From the NCBI GenBank assembly GCA_046563655.1, contig CM102283.1, positions 6,014,001-6,078,000 of the forward strand: a stretch of DNA of 64,000 nucleotides, read 5' to 3'. Each line of letters starts with the position of its first letter. Within the stretch, counting starts at the first letter, position 1. Under the pieces are notes generated by a model. That model ran no database searches, had not been told where the DNA came from, and was given only the letters and a program-made list of their open reading frames with translations. This DNA comes from Yuukianura sp. NJ FZ-2021. Lineage: Eukaryota. Shown here in pieces: positions 41,931 through 54,600 of this stretch. The position numbers and the translations under genes were made by a program.

Positions 41931-44900
41931 ATGGCAAATTTTTGGACAGTGATTTTAGCTACGCTACTTGTGTGCCACCACTTTCAAATTGCATTACCGC
42001 TGCCTACAGGAGCACCCGGATCGGCTTGTGGGGACTTAGTTCCGCAGCACGGTGTACCACCACAGACTAGTCCGTCTCCTTACATCATCAAGCTATCCAG
42101 TTCAGAGGTCAAGGGTGGAGAAACTGTGACTGTTACCTTGGAAACCCCTGACAACGTGCCTCCCTTCAAGGGATACATGGCAAGAGGAAGTAAAACAGTC
42201 GCTGACACTGTTGCTGCTGGAAACATGGAAAAAGTAGCGGCGGAAGATACCACTCTGAAGACAGTTTCGTGTGATGGAGGCGATGCCATGACACACAGTG
42301 ACCCTAGTGCCAAACCCTCAGTTTCCTTTGAGTGGAAAGCACCAAATGAACCTGGAGACTATGTTATCCTGTAAGTTACTCAAAAGAAATCAAAATCTAT
42401 CTAAAAAATATTTTTAGAAAATTACGGGTATTGTACTATTTTGTTAAACACATTTCTGAAATTTCACATTCCACTGTTCGTATTTGTGTAGAGCTACGTT
42501 TGCGCAGGAGTATCAAATTTTCTGGGTCAGGCAATCAGCAAATATTAGAGTAACTCCAGGTTCTGTCACAGAGACAACAACGACACCAGCGCCCGTAAGT
42601 TTTTAAGTTATGTTAAAAAGAAACGTTAAACCCAGAGTTTCCAGTTTCAGTGATTGAAATGATCGAAACTGATTTTAAAATTATAAGAGGCGCGGTAATT
42701 TGAAAGGATTAGAGGCGTGGCTAATTTTTGTACAGGGCGCATTCGCATATCATATACGCATTTTGGTCGGACATTTTAGTCAGATTGATATTTGATCAGA
42801 CATTTGAGAGCAAACTTTTAGAAAGTGACAGAAACTGGGAACACTGGTTAAAACGTTTAACTTAAGTAAAAAAAAATAGTGGAATCAGCCAATCAGGCAA
42901 CAAAATTAAATCTGGACTTGGTTTATTCGCAGTCTACGAATGCCCTCAAGAAAGTAGCGGAAATTGCCAAGGAATGTGGAACAAACAAAGGCTGTTTTGG
43001 AATTCCAAATGGATGTGTTCAAAAGGGGAACTGTGAAATGATGGCTGCCTGGCGACATGATGGGCTCAACTATCGAATTGAACTTAATGGCAGAATTTCA
43101 GCCACAAACCCAAACCCTGAACAAGGTCATGTCTCCATGGGGCTGTCGTTCGACACTACAATGGTAAATTCACAAATTCAATGCCTTCTGCTAACATAAT
43201 GAAATTCCATAATTAAATTATAATAACCAATTCAATTTGTACAGCAAGATGACAGTGTCATAGGATGTGTTTACAAAGGAGGCAGGCCTGAAGCCAGATC
43301 TTTCTACAACGATCCAACTCGTCATGACAATTTACCTTTCGGGGTAAAGTTTTTCCTAAGCGTTCTACGATTTATAACATGATTCATTGAAATTTATGAT
43401 TGATTTTTGTTTAAATAGGACAAAACTGTGGGTATTAGCCAGTCACACTCTACGGACTTCATCGAGGGCTATGTATTTTGTGATTTTACTCGATACGCAC
43501 AGTTCACACAAGCCCCGTTGACGAAGACTTTCAACTTGGACAAAGACTCGTATCACATCCTGTTGGCAAGATCTCCAGAGTTGGAAGGTAAGAATATGGT
43601 TTGAATTGATTCGTTCAAGTATATTTAAATTAGCAATTACTTAAGTAGCGAAAGCTACTTTATACATCGACCTTGCCCGTCTTTCTGTCTGTCAGGCAGG
43701 CCATCCGCGGCAATTATATTGGAAATGGCTCAACATTTCCGAGATTTGTTTTCGCCGGTGGTCACCTGTGTTGACCACCGTCGATTGCAGTGCAATCTTT
43801 CGCTACTTACGTACACCGATTATTGACAACGGTTTCATAAGCAGTTAGTGTAGTAATTTTTGTTATAAGTTAAGTACAAACTTGTTTTTCTTTCCAGGGG
43901 ACAAGCTAGGCTACCACGTGGGGTCACAAAATAAGGATTATACTGCAAGTCCCCAAGCCATTTCCTTGAGAGAGACCAATATCTTGGGAGCCAGCACCAA
44001 AGGGAGTATCCTGGTTCAGTTGCATGGAGCATTGATGGTCATTGCTTGGGTCGTGACCTCTTCCCTAGGCATGTTTGTGGCACGGTACTACAAGCAGACG
44101 CACACAGGATTCACTCCGTTGAACAAAGCTTTCTGGTTTGTGGTAAGTGGGATTACAATTATAAATTATTTTACTTTTAATTAATTAATGGGTGTTAATT
44201 GTTTTTTAATTGTAGACTCACCTTGGATGCATGTTTCTCACAATTGGTCTCACGTTTGTCGGAGTTATTTTGATTTTTGTCCAAGTTGGTGGATACTCTT
44301 CCAGTATCCCTACTCCAGGAGGGCAAGGTACAGACACGAAACACCTAAAACACAAAAATTCGGGTTATAATTTTGAAAATTTGGACTTATTCAAAAAAAT
44401 ATGATTGATGTTTTAGCTCACCCCATTCTGGGTTTGATACTAACCGGCATTTGTGCTTTGCAATTGACAATTGGTCTACTTCGCCCGCATCCTGGTACTC
44501 CGAAGAGACCAATCTTCAACTGGGTCCACTGGACTGCTGGAAATGTGGGACACATCGTAGGAGGTAAGCTACTACACTATCCAGGAACAAAGTTCTGCAC
44601 AAAATTTTAGCTTTGACACGGGAACTAATTCGTCTTCCAATTTCTGTAGTGGCCTGCATCTTCCTGGCAACGGAACTGTCCAAGTCAGGGGTCCAAGGGA
44701 GTCTCAAGTGGCTATTGACTGTCATTGTATTTGTGGTCTTCCATGTCGTCATGCACGTCACCCTCTCAGTAAGGCTCTATATGCTCTAATTTTTGAAACA
44801 AAAATTAATTGAAACTCAAAAAACAAAATTCAAAAAATTAATTTGAAAAATTTTGAACTATACGAACCTTACTGATTCTCCAGATCCATACGGTATGGGC

Positions 44901-45176
44901 TGACAAGCAAATGGACGCGGCTCACAAACTACGCGGAATTTCTGTTGGTCCGATGAAGCCATCAAAACCTGAAGAAGCACCGGTAAGTTTATTAGCTTAT
45001 TAGCTTAATTGTTAATTATATATGATTTAATAGTTAATTATACCTTCAATTAATCGTAATTAATTGTGTCACCTTAGGGTACGATGTTCAGAACTTTCCT
45101 GCTGGTGCTATACATTGTTGGAATCTTAGCCATCGCTATTACACTCATCGCATTGCTCGTACTAGCCAACAATTAA
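41931..45176 (+). CDS. FRRS1: Ferric-chelate reductase 1 homolog (SDR2): Reeler + DOMON + cytochrome b561
   Basis: Signal peptide and Reeler (41931-42370, 42492-42594); CGTNKGCFGIP and DOMON with likely heme ligands (SFDTTM, GYH); b561 His motifs LHGALMVIAW, THLGCM, HPILG, RPHPG...FNWVHW; last TM exon 45078-45176. Confidence 0.93.
42633..42846. mobile_element. hAT-type MITE in FRRS1 intron 2
   Basis: TIRs CAGAGTTTCCAGTTTC / GAAACTGGGAACACTG; 8-bp TSD GTTAAACC (42625-42632) vs GTTAAAAC (42847-42854), one mismatch. Confidence 0.7.
43641..43835 (+). mobile_element. Helentron-associated (HINE/DINE-1-like) non-autonomous element in an FRRS1 intron
   Basis: 5' subTIR TAAGTAGCGAAAG with local hairpin AGTAGC-GAAA-GCTACT, GTCT-rich tract, 3' subTIR CTTTCGCTACTTA (43797-43809), terminal stem-loop ACCG...CGGT, TT flanks. 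Confidence 0.6.
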
Positions 45177-46146
45177 TCGACGCCTATAACACCCTTATTT
45201 ATTTGCTCCGATTTTTTAACATAACACTTTAAGCTTAGTTCAATGTAAGTTTCAGTTTTTTACTTTCTTCCTCTTATTCTATCCATTTCAAAGAAAACTG
45301 TATGTTCAAAATAGTCAAAGTATTATGTCCAGTGAGCAGGAAAATAAAATCTCGTATTTTTACAAAATGCAGAAACTTGAAATCAATAATAAATAAATGA
45401 TTTATTCTAATTGCACTACTTCACTAACTTTCTCGTTGTAATAAAATACCAATTTAAGTTAAGAGAGTAAGCTTAAGCTTAAGATTCTGTTAAGGAGAGT
45501 TAGATGTAATGTTACTGGTCGGTGTGGTGGACTTGAACGCCAACGACAACTCCGCTTGAGCTGGCGCAATGATCTCCGCTTCCTGAGACATGTGCTGGAA
45601 TCTGGCCACTTCCGCCAGAAGAAGATTCTAGTGAAATGGTAATAGGAAAGAGTGAGTTCAGAAGTTAGAAATTATAGACATTATTAGAAAGTTTATAGAA
45701 TTGGTCATGGTCGTCAGCGATGTCAATTGTCTTGTCATGGTGTGAAACAGAGGAGTGACGAATGGGAATGTCGGTGCATAAGTTAAAACTAAGCTTTACA
45801 ATTTGCAATGTAAAAAATAAACGCAAAGGATTAACGCTCTGTTTAAAGTTCGCCGCCACCACTCCTTTGACCCGTAGTAGTTAATAAGAATTTAGTTTTT
45901 AGTTAAGTCATTTTAGTGCGATGGTGCCATATGATTTGTTGACTAGCTTTACAAAATCGCGCTGCGCAGAGTCCGGGGAAGTCGAGGCGGAGTCAGAGTC
46001 TGGGGGTACGACGAAAACTAAAACAAAATTAGATACAAGTTCCTTCAGTGGCAGTTTCCACAAGGAGGTTGTGTTGTTGTAAACTTGAGAACTGAATATT
46101 TAGCTAAGCAGTTGTCCAAAACAAGAAAGATCACTTAATAAAATTA

Positions 46147-47042
46147 TCAATTCAACAAACCTGTTTTGCTTTGATCATGCGAAGGAAGAAGTCTTTCTTC
46201 GCATGGGTCCTTAGATTCAAACAACTTAAATATTGCAAATTCTCTGCTGTTGCGTACTGGTCCAAAAATGTAAAAACCAACTGCAATGCCACTCGTGACT
46301 GCTATGAGTATGTATGTATTGAATGTCATCACCTATTTTAACGAAATATCATGTATAAAATGTCGTGTATAAATAACATTTCCAAAACGATGAAATTTGC
46401 TTACCGCCAACATCAAAACGTATCCAACCGTGATGTAGACCATATGGAAAATGGTAGAGAGCGTAAGATCTAGTAGTTCCCAGCGTCGCTTGTTCGATAC
46501 AGTCTGAATCGTAGGAAAAGTCGTATCCCTGTAAGGGCTCGTAACCGGTGAACCGATGACTCTTCTGTTACCGTCCCCATGAATCAAGACATCTTCGTCT
46601 TCTTCTTCCCGTTGAATTCCGCTGAAACTCGAATGAGAATGTACAGTACTAGCTGGAGCATCTCCAGCACCTCTGTTGTTGTCATTTCCGGTCAAACGTT
46701 CTTGTTCAGCTTCGTCCTCCCCTGGAGCTCTGTTGTACCGCACAGATGGAGGACTACTTGATTTGCTTCGTTGTTGAATCCTTGACCCCTTCGTTGTAGT
46801 TATGAATCGACTGAATGTGAAGTCTCGGAGTGTTCGAATGCCTTCGTAACCAATTGCAATCGCAACTAGGCCAACAAGTACGCCGGTGAACTCTGTAAAA
46901 TGACAATGAATCCCAGGTTAGATATGAACTTATATTTCTTGTAATGTTAAAATTCAGCTTTCGCCTCACCTGAGCATTTGGTTATATCGAAGTTCTCGAA
47001 AAGAAAGTCTTTCAATTCGTATCCAGTCCAGAATGTCGCCAT
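46147..47042 (-). CDS. SLC31A: Ctr/SLC31 copper transporter with short N-terminus (Ctr2-like); exons 47042-46970, 46892-46405, 46332-46147; alternative 3' exons possible
   Basis: MATFWTGYELKDFLFENFDIT, TM1 ending YEGIR, TM2 with MxxxM (GYVLMLAVMTFN), TM3 GxxxG (GIAVGFYIFG). Confidence 0.9.
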
Positions 47043-48640
47043 ATTTTGTACGTTCGAGTAAGTAAGTGTCTTTTACTTAAATGAGAATCCAAATGTCGAA
47101 CGCAGTTAGCCGTGATGAAATGGAGGTCTAAAATTTACGAAAATGTAATAAATTTACATTAATTTCACCACTCAAATGCATATCAAAATCCTGTTTTCTA
47201 TTTCCAATTGTGGTGATTGTCAGTATTGTCACCAACAGCAGACATTTATGATAATTGAACGTGCAGAGGCCATTGATATTAAATCTTACGTCCTGATACT
47301 GAAACATTATTTGCTTTACTGTCACTACGATAAAATTAAATATCTACTTCTTGAAAAAACTACAACACTGGTTAACCTTTGCTTAGTACCTCACGGAAAG
47401 TGCGAATTTCGGAGAGAGTCGCGAAATTGTCCAGTCTTTAGCAGAACTCTTCCAGCCTACCGATGTCACGGCATCAAATACAGGCACTGCAGAAAATATG
47501 AAAAATATGGTAATGATACAAGGCTTAGAAAACTTGACTAGAAATTAATAGCCGTCATAATTAGAGCGTGACAGTTTTACGACAGGTCGTTAAAATACTG
47601 CAAGTTAAAATATCTGAATTCGATTCCACTTCAACAAAGCAAAGAATTGAAATAATTACAAAGCTATTTAATAAACTAAAGTGTTACTTACATTTTTTGC
47701 AACTACTGCAACTAGCAACTCACGACTACAACACGAACAATTGGCGACACAATGGCTAAAAGTTGCGGAAAAGAAATCAGCTGTTTGTGTAATTGTTATA
47801 ATTTTGTCCAGAAAATTGCTAATGAGCGGACCTTGTCCACTTAGCACTTGAATTACCAGCAAGAAGAAGCAGACACGCGAAGATAATTATTACCTTACAA
47901 TGTTAGTACAATTTAAATTACTAAACCAAACGTTAATTAAAAACAGCCCTCTTCATTTGTTTATGTTGCGAAACAAACGGTAAAGTTCTCACACGTCATT
48001 CACAAATGGTGAGAATGAATGAGAGAATGAAGGCTTGATGGACATGGGGTACACACAAACAGGAAGGGGTACGCCCCAACCCCGGGGCGAAATCCTGGAA
48101 AATAATAATATAAATAACTAAAATAATAATTATTTTGTTTATAAAACTCAATGATTTTTACGTATTGAAACTCCCTATGCATTTTCAGTTATCCGTTCTA
48201 CCGTTTACAATTTTAAATAACAGGAAATGCCGGCGAACTCCAACGTAGGGTCCCCAATTCATTTTTATTTCAGATATTTAATTAAATGTACTGAAATTAT
48301 ACTGAAATGGTTTCACACGATTACGATTAGAGAAATCTCAAGAAGGAATTTTAAGATCTTTAGTAAGATATGCGAGTTAAAGTGTATACGAAGAAGAAGA
48401 TAGTCCAGGAAGTTAGGTTGTTGCATAACATATGCAAATATTTTCCTATACTAATTCACACATTTACCAAAAAAGAATCGATATTGAAAGAAGGAGAAGA
48501 ATAAACACGCTAAAATTTAAGAATATATTCCGAGTCTCGGTGGTTCCGAAAAGCCTATGTCTTTAAAAGCACCCGCAGTGTATGTATGTTGGTCAGCCAT
48601 TTCAGGTTTAGGTTGTGCGCATGTCGCAAGTCGACTCCAG

Positions 48641-51600
48641 TCACACGATGGTCCCTTCAAGAATGTTAGTCTTCATTGAAGTCAAGGGATCTTCTAGAGG
48701 AGGAGTCACTTGGAAATTAATTGCTCCGTTTGTAGTGATTCTCGCTTGTTGTCCCGCAGTACTTGTGCGTCGTTCTGCCTCCTGGGCCTGCGCCGGTAGT
48801 CCGATTTCGTCATGTGAACATGGAGAGTGTGACAGTCTACGACCATTTCCGAGTCCCTGACGCAGTGAATTGGATCTTCTGAGCAGAATATCGTCGGCTT
48901 GGTTCATACGCAACGAATTGGACCGTTGTCGCGGTGAATCTGGAAGTGACAAAGACGTCGACTTGGCCTGATGTAACCTATTCACTGGTCCAGGAGGTGG
49001 CGGGTTTTTTTGAATTGGCAAAACAGGTACTGGAATACAAATGGGACTATTTGGAGCAAACACGGAACCACTCGATGACCTTCGGCGACCGCCAGCACCA
49101 GACTTGCAGTCGGAGAACAGTCCTAAAGCTGCTTTCTGCAGTTCTTCAGCATTACTAGATGCTCCACCACTGGGGGAGGGGTTCAAGGTCGATTTTCGGC
49201 GGGAATTGTGCCGCTCAAACGTTTTTTGAGCTGAGAAGGGAGAGGGCCTAATGAGGTAAACAATGTCACCTTCTTTGATTCTAAGGTCACATGATGGGTT
49301 GATTATCACATAGGAGAGGGAACTTCGTTTTTCAGAGATTTGTTGAGTAGAATCTCCGGCGGGAAGGCCGAGACTTTGCATTCTGCTTCGTACCAAATTG
49401 GCAATTTCTGCTCGTTCAATCAACTGAGCATGTGAGTCACGTACTTCGTCGGTAACAGTTAGAGCGGCAGAAGTGAATGAACTTGCATCGGAACCGCAAG
49501 CACCGCGAAAACAACCGCGACGACGACTTCGTATTCCATCGTCGGAAGCACTTCCATTCTGAGCTGTAGCGGAGAATCTTTTGCTGAGTGAATCGCTTGA
49601 CGAGTAGTGAGAGTCTCGTCGTTCTTGTCCATTCGGAGGTTCTCGGGAGTCGTCGTAGTAGTCTGTGTCAGTTTCAGTATGGGAGTCTTGTGTTCGGTAA
49701 ATTCCAATTGGGATTTCACAAGTTGTCGAACACAATTTTTGGTACAGCCGACCGTACGTTCTAATCCAAAGGTCGTCAGCCGTGAGTTGCATCTACAAAA
49801 AAAAATTATGAGTTTTTGGCGCCATTTTGGTTAGATTTTTGTGTGAGAAATTCTTACAGAAGTTAGGAATCCTGATCCCGGTGCTTGATCAATTCCAAGA
49901 AGAAGTCGTACAAAAGTGATGAGATAGTCTTTGACAAAGGCCTGGTACAGAAGTGTGTCCAACATGGAGGCTGAAAATACGCTTCCAGCAGCAAAAGGTA
50001 ATCGAAACATGTAAGAAATATGGCTTCCACGTTCCTTTTCCCGCTAAAAAAAATGAAAAAATCGAACATTTTATTATGTGGAGCTCCTTGGTAACATATG
50101 GCGCACAACTCTTCACTCTCATTGACGAGCGGTGTGCCAAGTTGTTTCAATTTCGCGGGCTTTATGTGTTTAATAGACTGCAGACATTTTGAGGGCAAAA
50201 GAAAGTTTTACGATGAAAGAAAGATTTGCCAAAAAACGAGCGTCGACAGTTGGTCACATAAAATACGAAAATCATTGCAAAAATCATTGCGAAAAAAAAA
50301 CGGAAACCCTACTCTAACTTTTTTCTTTCAAAAAGTTATGGAATAAAAGCCTCCACGAACAAAAGTTAAGCATTCTATCGAGTTTCTTCTATTCTTTTCA
50401 AATGGACCAAAACGCAGTCAGTCGAAATTTCATTTCCAAAATTTAAAAATTCTTTTCTAACTTCTACCACTTACTTTTTCCATTCTTGAGAGATGGAGAG
50501 CATAGGCGTCATGGGCTCTAAACTGCATGAACCGCATGTTACTCGACTGCGATAACTCCGTAACGATTTTAATGTGCGGGAAAAATCGAAACATCATTTG
50601 AACTGCTACAATTGTATTACAGTCAGACAGAGTATCTTCTTCAGCAGAATTGGAAAGTTCCTTGTTCACCACTACGACACTTTCAGCCAGCGTAATTCCC
50701 GCTCTAAGGAGATCGTCCAAACAGTCAATTGATCCTTGGAACCAGTAAATCATGGGAAAGTGGGACACGGCATCCAGAAAAGCTGTGTCCGGTCTCCGCT
50801 CGAGTAGAAGTATAATTGGACTCAGTTTGCCTTTGGGTCGGAAGTGGGCGCGAAGTGGAATTATGAAATTGTAAATTGCACTAGAAGCATAATCGGCAGC
50901 TAGAATAATTGTTCGGTTTTGCCAGTTGTAGTCGTAGGCGTTCCGGTAAGCACAGTGTTCACAGGCCTTCAAAAATGAAAAAACCGGAAGTTATTTTATA
51001 ACCAAAAATTAAAATTTTATGACACCAAATTTCATGTTTAAATGCTTGCTACTTTTAGGGTCATTGACCTCCATCTACTCACAACCAATAACATAATGTC
51101 CAACCTAAATTTTGAAACAAAACCAACAAGGTTCAACGCAATCTTGTTAATAACCTAACGAAATCAATTTTGTTACTAAGTTCGGCTTTTGAACCAAACT
51201 AAAGAGAGACAGTCTAACTTTCGAACCAATTCAAAAACATTCAACACAATTTTCGAACTTAATCAACAATTTTGGACTTATCATTTTGACCAAAAACCAA
51301 ATCTACAAAGATTGCAACCGAATCGATTTCGGTGGAAAGTTGTATTGGAATGGAAGAATCGAAGATCTCGTTAGCAGAACAGAAAAAAAATTACTTTGAG
51401 CACCGAATTCAAAAAAGACAATAAAAAAGTAACGAATTTGCTGGAAGGAACAAATGTTCAAGTGGAACTAGCTTTGTGTAGTTTGGTCTGAAATGGAAGA
51501 AAAGCACTTGTTTAAGTCAATACACCAAAAAGTGATTTCCGTGCCCTGTTTTAGAGTGAGCTTGTTTAGAAAATCGATTGGACTCAAGCTCCTATCTTGT

Positions 51601-54600
51601 TCAAAAAAATGATGGAAGTGGATGCTGCGAGAAAGAAAGTCTTTGCCATTTTAGCAAAGAAAAGCGGCCTGGTGACGTGCAGATAATCCTTGTATGGCTT
51701 GCCTATTGTTAGTTCTCACAGAAAAACTTTCTTCGGTACTTCTAACCTACTTTCACTTCGACCAACTCTGGAGGAGTCCCTTGAGGGTGTCTTTTTCCAA
51801 AAAGTTGCAAGTCTTCGCTTGGAGAACCATTTGTTAGAGTTTTTCTAGAATAAAGAATAAGTTTCTAAAACGAAAATGCAGCAGGATCAACTCACCTGAG
51901 CTAGCTGGAGACAGCAGAGTGGTTTTTTGTCACGCAGGAGGTAGCACAGTGTTGGAGTGACGCCAATGTACGGTGACACCGGTGGGAACCCCTTCTGGAA
52001 GTGGGACATCTAAGAAAAATGAAATATTTGTTGAAAAAATTCTTTTAGACAACTATTTTTTCAAAACTGCAGTAATTTTTAAAATGACAGAAAAGTATAT
52101 GGGTATGTCAAATGTCATTACCGTTTCACTGGGACCGACCCACCCACTGGGCACGTCATCTTCTGCTTCATCTCCACTTGTCCCGCCTCCTTCCATGTCA
52201 ACTGTTGTTCCCAAGGCAACCGATACTTGACTGTCGTCTAGTGTCCCTGAAAAAGACTCCGGAACTGGCAGAATACTCGGTCGTCTGATATCTAAAAACC
52301 AAATCAAAATCAATTTCAAAAGAGCCGCTCACATACTCATCCAACCGCCCATTTTCAAAACTGCTATTAGAATCGGATCTGCGATGTACTTTCCCACTCT
52401 CCCGGAATCCTCTCGTTGTCGTCAATGCGGGGATTACTTTCAAAATACCCGGATTTTCGTTTCTCCTCCTCTGGACGAAAGTCAGTTTCACCGAGAGAAC
52501 TTTTTAAGACCTACGCTTCCATGTTGGTTAGAGCTCCAGGTTATGTTAGGCTATGCTTTTTAGCTTTTTGGAGCAATGCTTGAACCTAGCTTAATTTCGT
52601 TGATGGTATTTCAATCTTTGTGTCTACGAGATCTTCTGCCTGGATGATGGTTAAAGAACAAAGGATTTTTGGAAAGATGCTCATCTCTTTCACACGAAAG
52701 AAGATCCAGACTTCGCTCGTTTCAAATTTCCGCCCCAGGGGATTTTGCAATAAAATTACCATTCAGCCAACACGGAAAGACAGCAGGGAATGGGGGCGCG
52801 AGATTTGAATTTTCCCTCAGTTTCAAGCATAGATATGCCTTTTGACATGAAACTGACATCAAAAGTGGCCCCCCGCCAACAGCAGAGCTCTAACTTTCAT
52901 GTTAACGTCAAATTATAGCCGCCACTTTCAAATTGTACGGTGGTTTTGATAACCAGAGTGGCAAAACCGTAAAACATTAAACTTTAGAGCAGATTTTTTT
53001 TAGAGTAGTGCACCGCATGGACTTACTCGTCTTTTGATCCAGAATAGCCAGCGAGGGAAGCATCAGAAGATTGGAATTTAGCGGTGCCGGTTCAACAGAG
53101 CTTCGGCGGGCCTCTGATTCCGCTTGTGTTGGTGGGTCCAAAGCAATTTGAACTGTCGTGTGACTCGGCGGCGGCGCAGAACTCGTCGGAAGCATTCGAT
53201 CCGATTCGCCTAATTCTGAAGCATCAGTCGTTTTTTGTCCGAGATCCTCCGAACTACGCCGATCTCCGGTATCTCCAGGAGGTTGGCTCTGATTGGCTGT
53301 TGGCGGTGGGTGGGTGCCGGTGGGTGAGGTGGTATGATTCCCCGTAACAAATGCAGAGTGTTCTTCTTTTGTAATTGACAGGTAGAAGCAGAGATCAGAC
53401 TTGCGCATAATGTGTCTTGGTCCTGGATTGAGTAGAATCGTGTCTTCATAAAATTCGGGTAGTTGGGCCGGCCGAACCCCGACAAGACAAACTCCGAATT
53501 TTCGGTGAGAATGGAACGAAGCGTAAGTGAAGCTCTTGCCTTCATATTCCCCGAAAAACCGAGAGTCTCCGAGTCGAATATGGTAGATTTCGTTTCCGGA
53601 ACATTTTCCATAGAGTCTCTGCCATTCCTCCTTGGAGACTTGGCCTTCTCTAAAAGGACGAGAAAATTAAAAAGTCAGTGACAAAAAAGCAATTAACAGT
53701 CCCTAATTAAGAATTAAGAGTTAATTAAGACTTGTAGTGTCATTTTGTGTTGAGTAACTGAGACTTGTAATGTCATTTCTTTTGGTTTGTAAGAGAGGAA
53801 TTAAAGTGTCTATTCAAAAACAAGTTTTTGGGATTAAAACAGGTTCCGGCTTTCAAAATTTTCTCTTGAGACATCAAAAGATATGTTTACAAAAACGGTA
53901 TTTTTTTTGACAAAAGTCTCTTTTGGTTTTGTTTTTTAACAAAATGAAACATTTTGCAAGAGAATTAAAACTCTCTGAAGCAAGATGAAAAGGAATCCCC
54001 GGGAGGTCCATTTGGATTCCGCTCGAAAAAGTTGCATCAAAAACTCGGTTTAAAAAAAACTCTTTTTCTCAAGTTTCCTTGAAAAACATTCACTGACAAA
54101 AGTGAAAGCCCTGGAGAAAGTTTTCTTTTGTACCACTACCACGTGACCTCATTTCCATAGTTTGTGTGGCCAATTGGAAAGGAGGGGGTGGTGGGGGTTC
54201 AAATTAAGTCTTTATTTCATCCCACCACCACCAAAAACGAAAAAAACGACATAGAAAAACAACATCAAAGTTCTTTTTCAAAGGAGGAAATTAGGAGGAT
54301 CCCAAAAGTTGTAGAAACTCTTAAATTAAGTTGAAACTAATTTTGAAAATGAAAAGAAACGATGTCGTTTCCTTCACAATTAAATTGTGGAGACTTCGAA
54401 ACTATCCGCTACTTTTCACCAATCAACTTTCTTTTCTGCTAGTTTAGTTTCGCATAGTTTTGGAGAAGAAGGCGAAAAAATAGACGACAATAAGAAACTT
54501 TTTTCTAACTTCTGCCAAAAACTTTATATTTTAAAACTTGTGCCAAAACTAAGTAAGTGCGGTCGTAAAGTCGCTTCAATAAACAAAAGAAAAACGTTTT

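Noticed and set aside
47000..47181. His-rich uORF or N-terminal extension upstream of Ctr (MHLSDLHF...)
   Set aside because: Needs a 41-nt intron, shorter than others here, and is out of frame with the Ctr ATG.
52337..52470. Possible extra slo-2 cassette exon
   Set aside because: The best acceptor gives an in-frame stop, alternatives are weak, and the flanking exons join in frame without it.
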